Shown piece by piece: positions 26,398 through 33,129 of a stretch of DNA of 64,000 nt (position 1 is its first letter; every line of letters starts with the position of its first letter). A model generated the notes under the pieces. That model had not been told where the DNA came from. It saw nothing but the letters and a program-made list of their open reading frames with translations, and ran no database searches. The DNA is from a virus. Lineage: Duplodnaviria > Caudoviricetes. The DNA lies in IMG/VR virus record IMGVR_UViG_3300047382_000771, positions 1 to 64,000 of that record; one strand, 5' to 3'. The position numbers and the translations under genes were made by a program.

Positions 26398-26602
26398 CTA
26401 AATCTATATCGCTTTCAAACTCAACATTACCCTCACCGCAAAGCTCTTCAATTTTCTCCTGCAGAGCCCCAATCATTGTTATTGTATTTAAATTATACTC
26501 ATCTATGTATCTATATACTAAATTGTCTAGATCCATACGAAAAGAATCTGTTTCTTCATCGTAATCTTTGGGTCCACTTATGTAAAAATCATCATCGCTC
26601 AT
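26387..26602 (-). CDS. Hypothetical acidic protein (71 aa)
   Basis: ORF; ATG 5 nt after TATAAT. Confidence 0.65.
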   Translation of the reverse strand: MSDDDFYISGPKDYDEETDSFRMDLDNLVYRYIDEYNLNTITMIGALQEKIEELCGEGNVEFESDIDLDEE

Positions 26603-26607
26603 AAAAT

Positions 26608-26636
26608 ATTATAATATATAGTCCACTATTTTTCAA
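26608..26636 (-). promoter_or_regulatory. sigma70 promoter TTGAAA-N17-TATAAT
   Basis: -35 26631-26636, -10 26608-26613. Confidence 0.7.
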
Positions 26637-26656
26637 GTTAGCGTTTGGAAAATTTT

Positions 26657-27769
26657 TTAGGCTTTGCGTTTTTTAGGTATAGACTGCAGTAAAGATAAAC
26701 ACATCTTAGGTAAAAAAAGTTCGCCTAATACTTTTCTTATGAAATTTTGACTGTATTTATATTTAAATGTTCCATCATCCTGCTTTGTCGCAAATTTATC
26801 TAAGCAATTGCTTGGTAGCCCGCACAGAGCAAGTAATTCACGCACAGATAAAACTCTAGCATCGGATTGAGTTCCATCACGTAAAGGTAAACCTGGATGC
26901 ACATTGTTCTGGCTTGATATAGACCCATTAGTCATAGTGACTGTAGGGGACGGATCGTTCCATGAAATTCTTTTGTATGTTGTCTTGAAACCTTTAATCA
27001 TCCTCTTCTTCCCGCCTTCTATGATGTGTGGAAAATGAACTTTATTGTCGAAAGCTGTTTGCCCCTCTGGAGTATGGCTCATCCATGTTATATGATTAGA
27101 GTTGTGTTTAGATGCAAAGTGCCAAGGATATTTTGATTGCTCCCCACTCTCCAGAGAAGGAAATTGGTTAGTGTCACCTATGACATCTTTTACTTTTAAA
27201 ATACCAGAATCAGCTTTAGGGTGTTCCCATAAGCCGTTTTCTGATATCAAGCAAATGCTTCTGCTTCTAGATTGGGCTGTACCAAAATGTTTACCATTCA
27301 GAACTTTTACTTTACAGTTATAATTTGAAGGTATTATTTTATTTATAAAATCTATAATTTTAATAGGGCTATCTTCGTGATTTATATATGTGTTTGGCAT
27401 TGCTGGAACATTTTCTATCAACATGTATTTAGGTTTCAGTTGATTAAATATATCCATAGCATAAATAATTAATTTATTCCTAACATCGTCTGTTGCTCTT
27501 TGGGCATTAGCAATGCTCATTCCTTGACAAGGAGGGGTTGCCATAATTAAATCTATTGGCCCAGATTTTTTAGACGCGTCTATAATACTATTTCTAACGT
27601 CTTCTTTACAAATATCCCCACAAATAGTGCTTGTGGAATCTTCGTAAAAATCATTATAAAAGTCTACTCGATCTTGGAGTAGTTCATTCATGACCACAAC
27701 ATCAAAACCGTTCTCTTTCAAGAAGAACTCACCAAAACCTACATTTGCGAATAAAGATAAAACTTTCAT
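26657..27769 (-). CDS. DNA (cytosine-5) methyltransferase
   Basis: Motif I SLFANVG, catalytic PPCQG, ENV, Q-x-R-x-R, R-x-LSVRE. Confidence 0.92.
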   Translation of the reverse strand: MKVLSLFANVGFGEFFLKENGFDVVVMNELLQDRVDFYNDFYEDSTSTICGDICKEDVRNSIIDASKKSGPIDLIMATPPCQGMSIANAQRATDDVRNKLIIYAMDIFNQLKPKYMLIENVPAMPNTYINHEDSPIKIIDFINKIIPSNYNCKVKVLNGKHFGTAQSRSRSICLISENGLWEHPKADSGILKVKDVIGDTNQFPSLESGEQSKYPWHFASKHNSNHITWMSHTPEGQTAFDNKVHFPHIIEGGKKRMIKGFKTTYKRISWNDPSPTVTMTNGSISSQNNVHPGLPLRDGTQSDARVLSVRELLALCGLPSNCLDKFATKQDDGTFKYKYSQNFIRKVLGELFLPKMCLSLLQSIPKKRKA

Positions 27770-27775
27770 ATATAT

Positions 27776-27810
27776 AAAAAAAGAGGGACGACCATTATAG
27801 TCGCCCCTCT
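27776..27810 (-). terminator. Intrinsic terminator whose loop is a TATAAT -10 box
   Basis: AGAGGGGCGAC-TATAATG-GTCGTCCCTCT (11 bp, one G-U) followed by a T run. Confidence 0.8.
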
Positions 27811-27822
27811 CTTAAAAGTCAA
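27794..27822 (-). promoter_or_regulatory. sigma70 promoter TTGACT-N17-TATAAT for the methyltransferase
   Basis: -35 27817-27822, -10 27794-27799. Confidence 0.75.
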
Positions 27823-27834
27823 GGATAAAAACGA

Positions 27835-28095
27835 TTATTTATCCTTAGAACATTGGCCTCCGTCGCAACTGAGTTTGCCGATTAAAGCAACCACAAGTAC
27901 CAAAGTGATAAAAGAAGTGAAATTAGCTCCAGTTCCCACAAAACCTTCAAGTAGGCCTTGTAGATTACCGATTACATTCACAGGAGCAGAAGCTCCAAAC
28001 ACTGCTTGGACTACAACGAGGAGCCCAAGGACGCTAAGTAGGGTAGCGGCAATACCTTTGATTGCGCAACTAATTTTTTGTAATGTATCCTTCAT
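27835..28095 (-). CDS. Small two-TM membrane protein (86 aa)
   Basis: Two hydrophobic stretches; VFG...VIGNL pattern. Confidence 0.7.
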   Translation of the reverse strand: MKDTLQKISCAIKGIAATLLSVLGLLVVVQAVFGASAPVNVIGNLQGLLEGFVGTGANFTSFITLVLVVALIGKLSCDGGQCSKDK

Positions 28096-28120
28096 ATTTA
28101 TTTATATATTAGGGGTTAAG

Positions 28121-28768
28121 TTAGAATTGAAAGGTTAAAGCACCGCCAAAAACGAATTCACGCTCGATATCGTCAGAATCAATGAGGTCAACAGACAAAC
28201 CAAGGTCTACACCTGCTCCAATTTGGCGAGCAAGCCCTGCACCAACAGAATAATAAGTGCGTTCATCTGACTCAGTAACCTCAGTGTTACCAATTGAGGC
28301 GTCCACATCAAGAGAAACACTCTTAAGATCAAAACTATGAGAGAGTCCGCCTTCGTAGGTAAAGAGTTCGTCATCTACATTCCTGTAAATAGTTACCGAA
28401 GGATTCAAGATGATGTTGGAAGTAGCTTTTACAAAAACTTCAGACAAAGCTTCTCCAGGAACATCCTCGTAATGACTAAAACCACCATAAAAAGCGATCA
28501 ATCCATCAGAGAAAGATTTTCCAGCTGCAGCGGAAAGGCCATAGCTATCAGCGCCTTGGTCTACAGATTGGTTAGTGCATGCATGAAGCAGTGTGTCAAG
28601 CCCAAGAATATTTGTATCGAAATCGATCTTGGACTGAAATGACTCAAGGGCTTTCTGCTCTCCCCGATAGAAAAAATCGGAAGCATAGCCAATACTTGCT
28701 GAACTAGCTAAGGCGGCGTTAGTAATAAGCCCGAAGGCTGAGAATAATGACAATAATTTAGTCTTCAT
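28121..28768 (-). CDS. Outer-membrane beta-barrel (TorF/TIGR02001-like porin)
   Basis: Signal peptide ending ALA, IGYASDFFYRG first strand, amphipathic strands, C-terminal LTFQF beta-signal. Confidence 0.75.
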   Translation of the reverse strand: MKTKLLSLFSAFGLITNAALASSASIGYASDFFYRGEQKALESFQSKIDFDTNILGLDTLLHACTNQSVDQGADSYGLSAAAGKSFSDGLIAFYGGFSHYEDVPGEALSEVFVKATSNIILNPSVTIYRNVDDELFTYEGGLSHSFDLKSVSLDVDASIGNTEVTESDERTYYSVGAGLARQIGAGVDLGLSVDLIDSDDIEREFVFGGALTFQF

Positions 28769-28774
28769 AATAAT

Positions 28775-28954
28775 TTATTTGGATTTGATACTTTTTGTTA
28801 AGTGTTCACCTACATTTCCGAAAGAGTAAATGCCAAAAATCCACATGGCTAATTCACTCCAACCCGCAAAGTCGGCTCTACCTAAAAAAAGTGCTAATGT
28901 TGCAAGTGCAAAAACAATTGCAGCAAAGATTAATTTTCTACTTCTAAGATTCAT
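28775..28954 (-). CDS. Two-TM holin-like protein (59 aa)
   Basis: Manual translation MNLRSRKLIFAAIVFALATLALFLG...MWIFGIYSFGNVGEH...; SRK...GIY-x2-GN pattern. Confidence 0.6.
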   Translation of the reverse strand: MNLRSRKLIFAAIVFALATLALFLGRADFAGWSELAMWIFGIYSFGNVGEHLTKSIKSK

Positions 28955-29487
28955 GATATTCTAATTTCTTTCCAGTTTACTAGGTTAGCTTTAACTTGAT
29001 CCCTTATGTGACGCTGCTTAGTGTTGAGTTGGCTTTTACCGCTTTTAACTTCTATAAAAGTTATCTCGTCTTCACCAAACGAAATATAATCGATTGGTTT
29101 ACCAAGGAAGCTACACTGTTCGGGTTCAAAATCAAACTGATCTAAAAAAGGAGCTAATGTTTCAGCTATATGACCAAGCCGAACTTCGCTACTCTTTTTT
29201 TGGTGTGTTATTTTTTTAAGTTTCTCAGTTTTTTCAGCAAGTTCTTCTTCTAGGTCTTTATTAGTTTGAATTAAATATGATTCTTTATATTGTAATTCTC
29301 GCCTGTAATCTTCTATAGATTTTTGCTGTTTACTGAGGTATTCTTGAGATTCTTGAAATTGATTTCTTAAAAAATTGTTTTGTTTTTCTAAGAGATCGGC
29401 GTTAGATTGTTTTTTCTTTAAAAAATATATTGTATAACTTAAGTATATAATACAAGTAACGAGTAAAATTTCAAATAAAAAATTCAA
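28951..29487 (-). CDS. Membrane-anchored Holliday-junction-resolvase-like endonuclease (Endonuc_Holl type)
   Basis: N-terminal TM, coiled coil, then G-x-IAE-x-LAPF...FLGKPIDYISF...FIEVKSG. Confidence 0.8.
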   Translation of the reverse strand: MNFLFEILLVTCIIYLSYTIYFLKKKQSNADLLEKQNNFLRNQFQESQEYLSKQQKSIEDYRRELQYKESYLIQTNKDLEEELAEKTEKLKKITHQKKSSEVRLGHIAETLAPFLDQFDFEPEQCSFLGKPIDYISFGEDEITFIEVKSGKSQLNTKQRHIRDQVKANLVNWKEIRIS

Positions 29488-29490
29488 ATT

Positions 29491-29739
29491 TTACTTTTTA
29501 GTAATAGACAAAATCCTGTCATGTCTAAAAGATCTAACTGATTTTCTTGCAAAACAGTAAGCCTTAAAACCTGCGTTATCTCTATGCTCATTCTTATTTC
29601 CGAAAGAATTGTATAGATTTATATTCCCTATGAGATATGTTTTTGTTTTGTTGTTATTGTTTTTGTAAACAATATAATATTTGTTAGTGAATAATTTCGA
29701 TCTAAGATCGTGGTATTTGTTGATAATTGATTTAATCAT
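29491..29739 (-). CDS. Stand-alone WYL-like domain protein
   Basis: FKAYCFARKSVRSFRHDRI resembles the WYL core AYC-x2-R-x3-R-x-FR-x-DRI. Confidence 0.55.
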   Translation of the reverse strand: MIKSIINKYHDLRSKLFTNKYYIVYKNNNNKTKTYLIGNINLYNSFGNKNEHRDNAGFKAYCFARKSVRSFRHDRILSITKK

Positions 29740-29938
29740 TTAAGTTTATATTATTTGTTTCGCAATAGGCAACACTGTAGCCAGTTTTAAAAGAGAACTT
29801 ATCAACAAAAAAGCAAGCCAAGATAATTCCAGCAGCTCTATATATATCCAAGCCTGAATTGTAAAATAAAAGAATTGCGATTATGACATATGGGCAAAAC
29901 TTATTTAAAGCATAATTTATAAAGTATGTATTATTCAT
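29732..29938 (-). CDS. Small membrane protein (68 aa)
   Basis: Two hydrophobic segments. Confidence 0.55.
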   Translation of the reverse strand: MNNTYFINYALNKFCPYVIIAILLFYNSGLDIYRAAGIILACFFVDKFSFKTGYSVAYCETNNINLND

Positions 29939-29940
29939 AT

Positions 29941-30372
29941 TTATCTTCCTGTACTGCCAAAGCCGCCTTGACCTCTGTCTGAATTAGACAAATTTTCCGA
30001 CTCTAACATTTCTATTTTTGGTAATTTAATAAAAACTATTTGACCAATCTTATCTCCTTGTTGGTATCCTGTAGTGGTTTGATCATGAGAAAACCTTAAC
30101 ATGACTTCTCCTCTATAGCCACTATCTATAACTCCAACAGCATTTCTTAATGAATGTCTGGTTTTAGATATGCTAGATCTAGGAAAAACTAAACCTACAT
30201 AACCCTTTGGTATCTCGAAGGAAATACCAGTCCTAGCTTGAACATAAAGACTTGAGTCTCCATCAGAGGGGTATTCTAAAGAAATAGCAGTTAAGTCAAA
30301 CCCTGCGTCAGAATCATTAGCTCTAGCTGGGGGTTGAGCCAACTGATGTAATTTTTTATATTTTATTTCCAT
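29941..30372 (-). CDS. dut: dUTPase (trimeric)
   Basis: DAGFDL, FPRSS, GVIDSGYRGE, RGQGGFGSTG. Confidence 0.96.
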   Translation of the reverse strand: MEIKYKKLHQLAQPPARANDSDAGFDLTAISLEYPSDGDSSLYVQARTGISFEIPKGYVGLVFPRSSISKTRHSLRNAVGVIDSGYRGEVMLRFSHDQTTTGYQQGDKIGQIVFIKLPKIEMLESENLSNSDRGQGGFGSTGR

Positions 30373-30587
30373 TATCTAATCCTATAAGGCTCCGATGTGC
30401 GAACGATAGAGATATTATTTTTTTCGTGAGGACTATACTTGCTCACCATAGATACAAGTTTGGCAGCCCTTAATTCTGCCTCAGGTTGCGTGGTATAATT
30501 TTTCTCTTCTACCCTGCGACCTCCGCGTGTTACAACAAAATAAGGATTTGATCCTTTTTCTAAATTCTTAGTGCGAACATTAATCAT
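30372..30587 (-). CDS. Hypothetical protein (71 aa)
   Basis: Start reassigned to MINVRT; the track's TTG start is the -35 box. Confidence 0.6.
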   Translation of the reverse strand: MINVRTKNLEKGSNPYFVVTRGGRRVEEKNYTTQPEAELRAAKLVSMVSKYSPHEKNNISIVRTSEPYRIR

Positions 30588-30597
30588 AATAGAAAGC

Positions 30598-30626
30598 ATT
30601 ATAGGGCAAATTTTATTAAAAGTCAA
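30598..30626 (-). promoter_or_regulatory. sigma70 promoter TTGACT-N17-TATAAT
   Basis: -35 30621-30626, -10 30598-30603. Confidence 0.75.
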
Positions 30627-30644
30627 GACTTTTTTAAAAAGAAA

Positions 30645-31043
30645 TGGTGGACGTGGCGGGAGTTGAACCCGCGTCTTTAAAGCTTCAAGCGTTCACTTCT
30701 ACAAGCTTAGTCTATTTTTTTTAAAGTTATGATATAGACATCCAACTACTCGTTTTAATTATTCACTCAAACTTGAGGACCCCGAATAATCAGTGGTGCA
30801 GTTTTTAAAACTAGTAAAAATTTATCAGTTTTTACAGATAAATGACCCACATATTCTTATCTGTGTCAGATTATATGAGTTGGCAGGTGTTAAGCTGCCA
30901 TTTCGAGACCAAGCTCAATAGAGTCAAGGTCTACAACACGCTGAGAAGATTCTGCATGTATAAATTTGCGCCTTATTTAGGAGCCAGACGCACTCCTGCT
31001 TGCCATGAACCAATCCAATTTAAATCGAATCCAGAACACGCCC
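30645..31043 (-). ncRNA. ssrA: tmRNA, one-piece, 399 nt, tag (A)AESSQRVVDLDSIELGLEMAA
   Basis: 5' GGGCGTGTTCTGGATTCGA pairs with 3' CACGTCC-ACCA including the G3-U alanine determinant; T-arm GCGGG-TTCAACT-CCCGC; pk1-like GGAG/CTCC and TGCG/CGCA; tag ORF 30955-30890 starts GCA and ends GCA GCT TAA. Confidence 0.93.
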
Positions 31044-31068
31044 ATAAAATGTAAAAGAACAAAAAAAA

Positions 31069-32190
31069 TTATTGAGAACTAGTGAATTGAACATCTCCAC
31101 CTTGGGAAACTATATCACTTCTTCTAGCTGACTCATACAATGCATTGTAGTTATCAGAAACTTTCCTGTACTTCCTGCGAGCAATCTCAAGCAATGCATC
31201 TTCAGACATTCTAGATGGAGCATCTGGGCCCATTAATTTAATAATGGCGATATCTTTATCTGTAACATCTACTTCCCATTTAATCTGGTAACCAAAATCT
31301 GGTATGGGTTGAGATAATTCTTTAGCATGAGCACGAGAACCTGGCTCTTTAGATTCAGACCAAGTAAATACAGGTACTACTCCATTCCAAGTTTCGTGAA
31401 AAGCTCCCACATTAACTTGTTGGTCAACTGTGGCCCCAGCGACTTTGGAAGGGTTGAGTTCGTCGAATAAATTATTATAAGCCAAGGGGAAACCGAAGTC
31501 ATGTTCTTCGTAGCAATATACGTGAAAGTATTTAAATAATCCAAATGCACTCCAAGATCCAGAGTCTGCATTTTTAAGCACTAACCTTTTCTGAGTATTG
31601 CTATCTAATAATTTAAAATTTTCATAGAACCTATCGACAAAATCACAATATGCTTCGTGGTTTTCTGCATCAGGCTGGGAGCTTAAATGCAAGGAGATTG
31701 GGGAAGAAATATTTTCTTGAGCTCCTATTTCATCTAAGAACCAGGAGTAAAAATTAAGTTCTTTTATGGATTTTTCAACAATAGAATCATCCGAATCTAT
31801 CAACTTACAAAACTTATCTGGCTGAATGGAAATAGAAACACCTTTTGTGATCGATGTTCTTCCGATATTTTTTATACCTTCAGACAATAAAGACTGATTC
31901 GGTAAGTTTGAGAAATCAATATCGAAAGAAGAATCAGCCAACAATCCAAACACAGAAGTGTTTAGTCTGTAATGATCTATATCGTTTGCCCTGCAGAAAT
32001 CTAATATTCGAACAGTTAGTTCGAGATTAGATAAAACTTGATTAGATAAAACCTCTAAAGCTTCTGACTCGCCCTTCTCTGAAGATAAGGCAGCGAACTG
32101 CTTACGAGTCATCGCTTTAAAGGTGTTTAAAGATGCATCTTCTTCTTGAAGATGCTTTGAGACGCAGATTAATCCATATTTAGTATTCAT
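31069..32190 (-). CDS. UvsE paralogue lacking most catalytic metal ligands
   Basis: Alignable end to end with 9759-10760, but HPDQF>QPDKF, ENED>KNAD, YDNLHD>YNNLFD, HWSE>TWSE. Confidence 0.8.
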   Translation of the reverse strand: MNTKYGLICVSKHLQEEDASLNTFKAMTRKQFAALSSEKGESEALEVLSNQVLSNLELTVRILDFCRANDIDHYRLNTSVFGLLADSSFDIDFSNLPNQSLLSEGIKNIGRTSITKGVSISIQPDKFCKLIDSDDSIVEKSIKELNFYSWFLDEIGAQENISSPISLHLSSQPDAENHEAYCDFVDRFYENFKLLDSNTQKRLVLKNADSGSWSAFGLFKYFHVYCYEEHDFGFPLAYNNLFDELNPSKVAGATVDQQVNVGAFHETWNGVVPVFTWSESKEPGSRAHAKELSQPIPDFGYQIKWEVDVTDKDIAIIKLMGPDAPSRMSEDALLEIARRKYRKVSDNYNALYESARRSDIVSQGGDVQFTSSQ

Positions 32191-32206
32191 AAGAATACTT
32201 ACACTT
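32191..32206 (-). promoter_or_regulatory. GTGTA motif (putative late promoter)
   Basis: AAGTGTAAGTATTCTT-ATG. Confidence 0.5.
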
Positions 32207-32459
32207 AAATTAAGTCTGGTTCTTCTACTACTTTAGGCTCAGGAGCTGCAGAGGAAGATTCTCCTTGAGGTTTCTGTTTATAGATCCTAAAATCAGGAGC
32301 TTTTGCGTTCTCTTCTTTATATTTATTCTTGAAGACAATAACTTTCTCTCCATTCATGGTACCTGTTAAGTATTTGGTACCATCTTGCTTTTGATTTACC
32401 CAAAGGGCGCCGACTTCACGATCATCCCATTCATTCTTTTCTTTATCTTTATCTGACAT
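32205..32459 (-). CDS. DUF736-like / putative ssDNA-binding OB-fold protein
   Basis: VGALW...GTKYLTG...VFKN-x-YK...APDFRIY plus acidic tail. Confidence 0.7.
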   Translation of the reverse strand: MSDKDKEKNEWDDREVGALWVNQKQDGTKYLTGTMNGEKVIVFKNKYKEENAKAPDFRIYKQKPQGESSSAAPEPKVVEEPDLI

Positions 32460-32466
32460 AGTAGTA

Positions 32467-32538
32467 TTAGTATTTACGAATTAAAACAAAGGCCACAATT
32501 AGACCTATTAAAAAATTAAACAAAATCATATCCGCCAT
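32467..32538 (-). CDS. Small TM peptide (23 aa)
   Basis: MADMILFNFLIGLIVAFVLIRKY fills the gap. Confidence 0.4.
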   Translation of the reverse strand: MADMILFNFLIGLIVAFVLIRKY

Positions 32539-32539
32539 A

Positions 32540-33076
32540 TTATCTAAACTCTTTTCTCAAGAGTCTCCATCTATCTGAATCAATATTTTTTGTACCATTA
32601 TCAATAGCATACAACATTTTTATGATTTCGTCAAGCGAATTATAAATATATTTATGAGGCAACATTCCTAACATCCATAAGGGAGCCTTTGATTTACCAC
32701 CTTCCATGCTTACAAAAACTGGTTTTTTTTCTCTTACCGCTGTAACAATTTCTTCTGCGCTCCCCCAACTTGCAACATCTGGAACAAGATGAGCTATAAT
32801 AAAATCACTTCTGTCTACAAGATTTAAATCATAAGCCCTGACTGTTTTCATTTTGTCAGCAACTAATTCATAATTTTCATCCTGCATCCATTTTTCCATA
32901 AGCATACGAGAGCCTTCATCCTCTTCGACATCTTTCATGAAAGGTTTTTCGTAGGGATTGAAACAAGTGATAGAAAGCTTAGATAACTTTTTTGTTACTT
33001 CTTGCCTCCAGTCTCGCCCACTCAGATACTGCATGTGGCCAACCAAATAAGTTTTGGTTTTGTATAATAAATTCAT
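32540..33076 (-). CDS. Nucleoside 2-deoxyribosyltransferase-like protein
   Basis: TYLVGHM...DWR...FNP...DLNLVDRSDFIIA...SWGSAEE. Confidence 0.75.
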   Translation of the reverse strand: MNLLYKTKTYLVGHMQYLSGRDWRQEVTKKLSKLSITCFNPYEKPFMKDVEEDEGSRMLMEKWMQDENYELVADKMKTVRAYDLNLVDRSDFIIAHLVPDVASWGSAEEIVTAVREKKPVFVSMEGGKSKAPLWMLGMLPHKYIYNSLDEIIKMLYAIDNGTKNIDSDRWRLLRKEFR

Positions 33077-33083
33077 GCTACAT

Positions 33084-33112
33084 ATAGTAGCATCAATAAA
33101 CTAAAATGTCAA
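33084..33112 (-). promoter_or_regulatory. sigma70 promoter TTGACA-N17-TACTAT at the structural/early boundary
   Basis: -35 33107-33112, -10 33084-33089; ATG 7 nt downstream. Confidence 0.7.
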
Positions 33113-33129
33113 GTATTTTTTGTTTGCTG

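Noticed and set aside
26603-26620. AT-only palindrome ATATTATAATAT over a -10 box (similar at about 54490)
   Set aside because: Expected by chance around TATAAT in AT-rich DNA.
26657-29487. Complete restriction-modification system
   Set aside because: No adjacent restriction endonuclease; the nearest nuclease is beyond a terminator and is of the resolvase-like type, so the MTase is treated as an orphan.
5625-30626. Longer track starts at 5762, 15926, 17768, 25988 and 30626
   Set aside because: They run through promoters or upstream genes (30626 is the -35 TTG itself); shorter starts were used.
30645-30680. tRNA-like 3' end
   Set aside because: It lacks its own D and anticodon arms and pairs with 31037-31043, so it is the tRNA-like domain of tmRNA.
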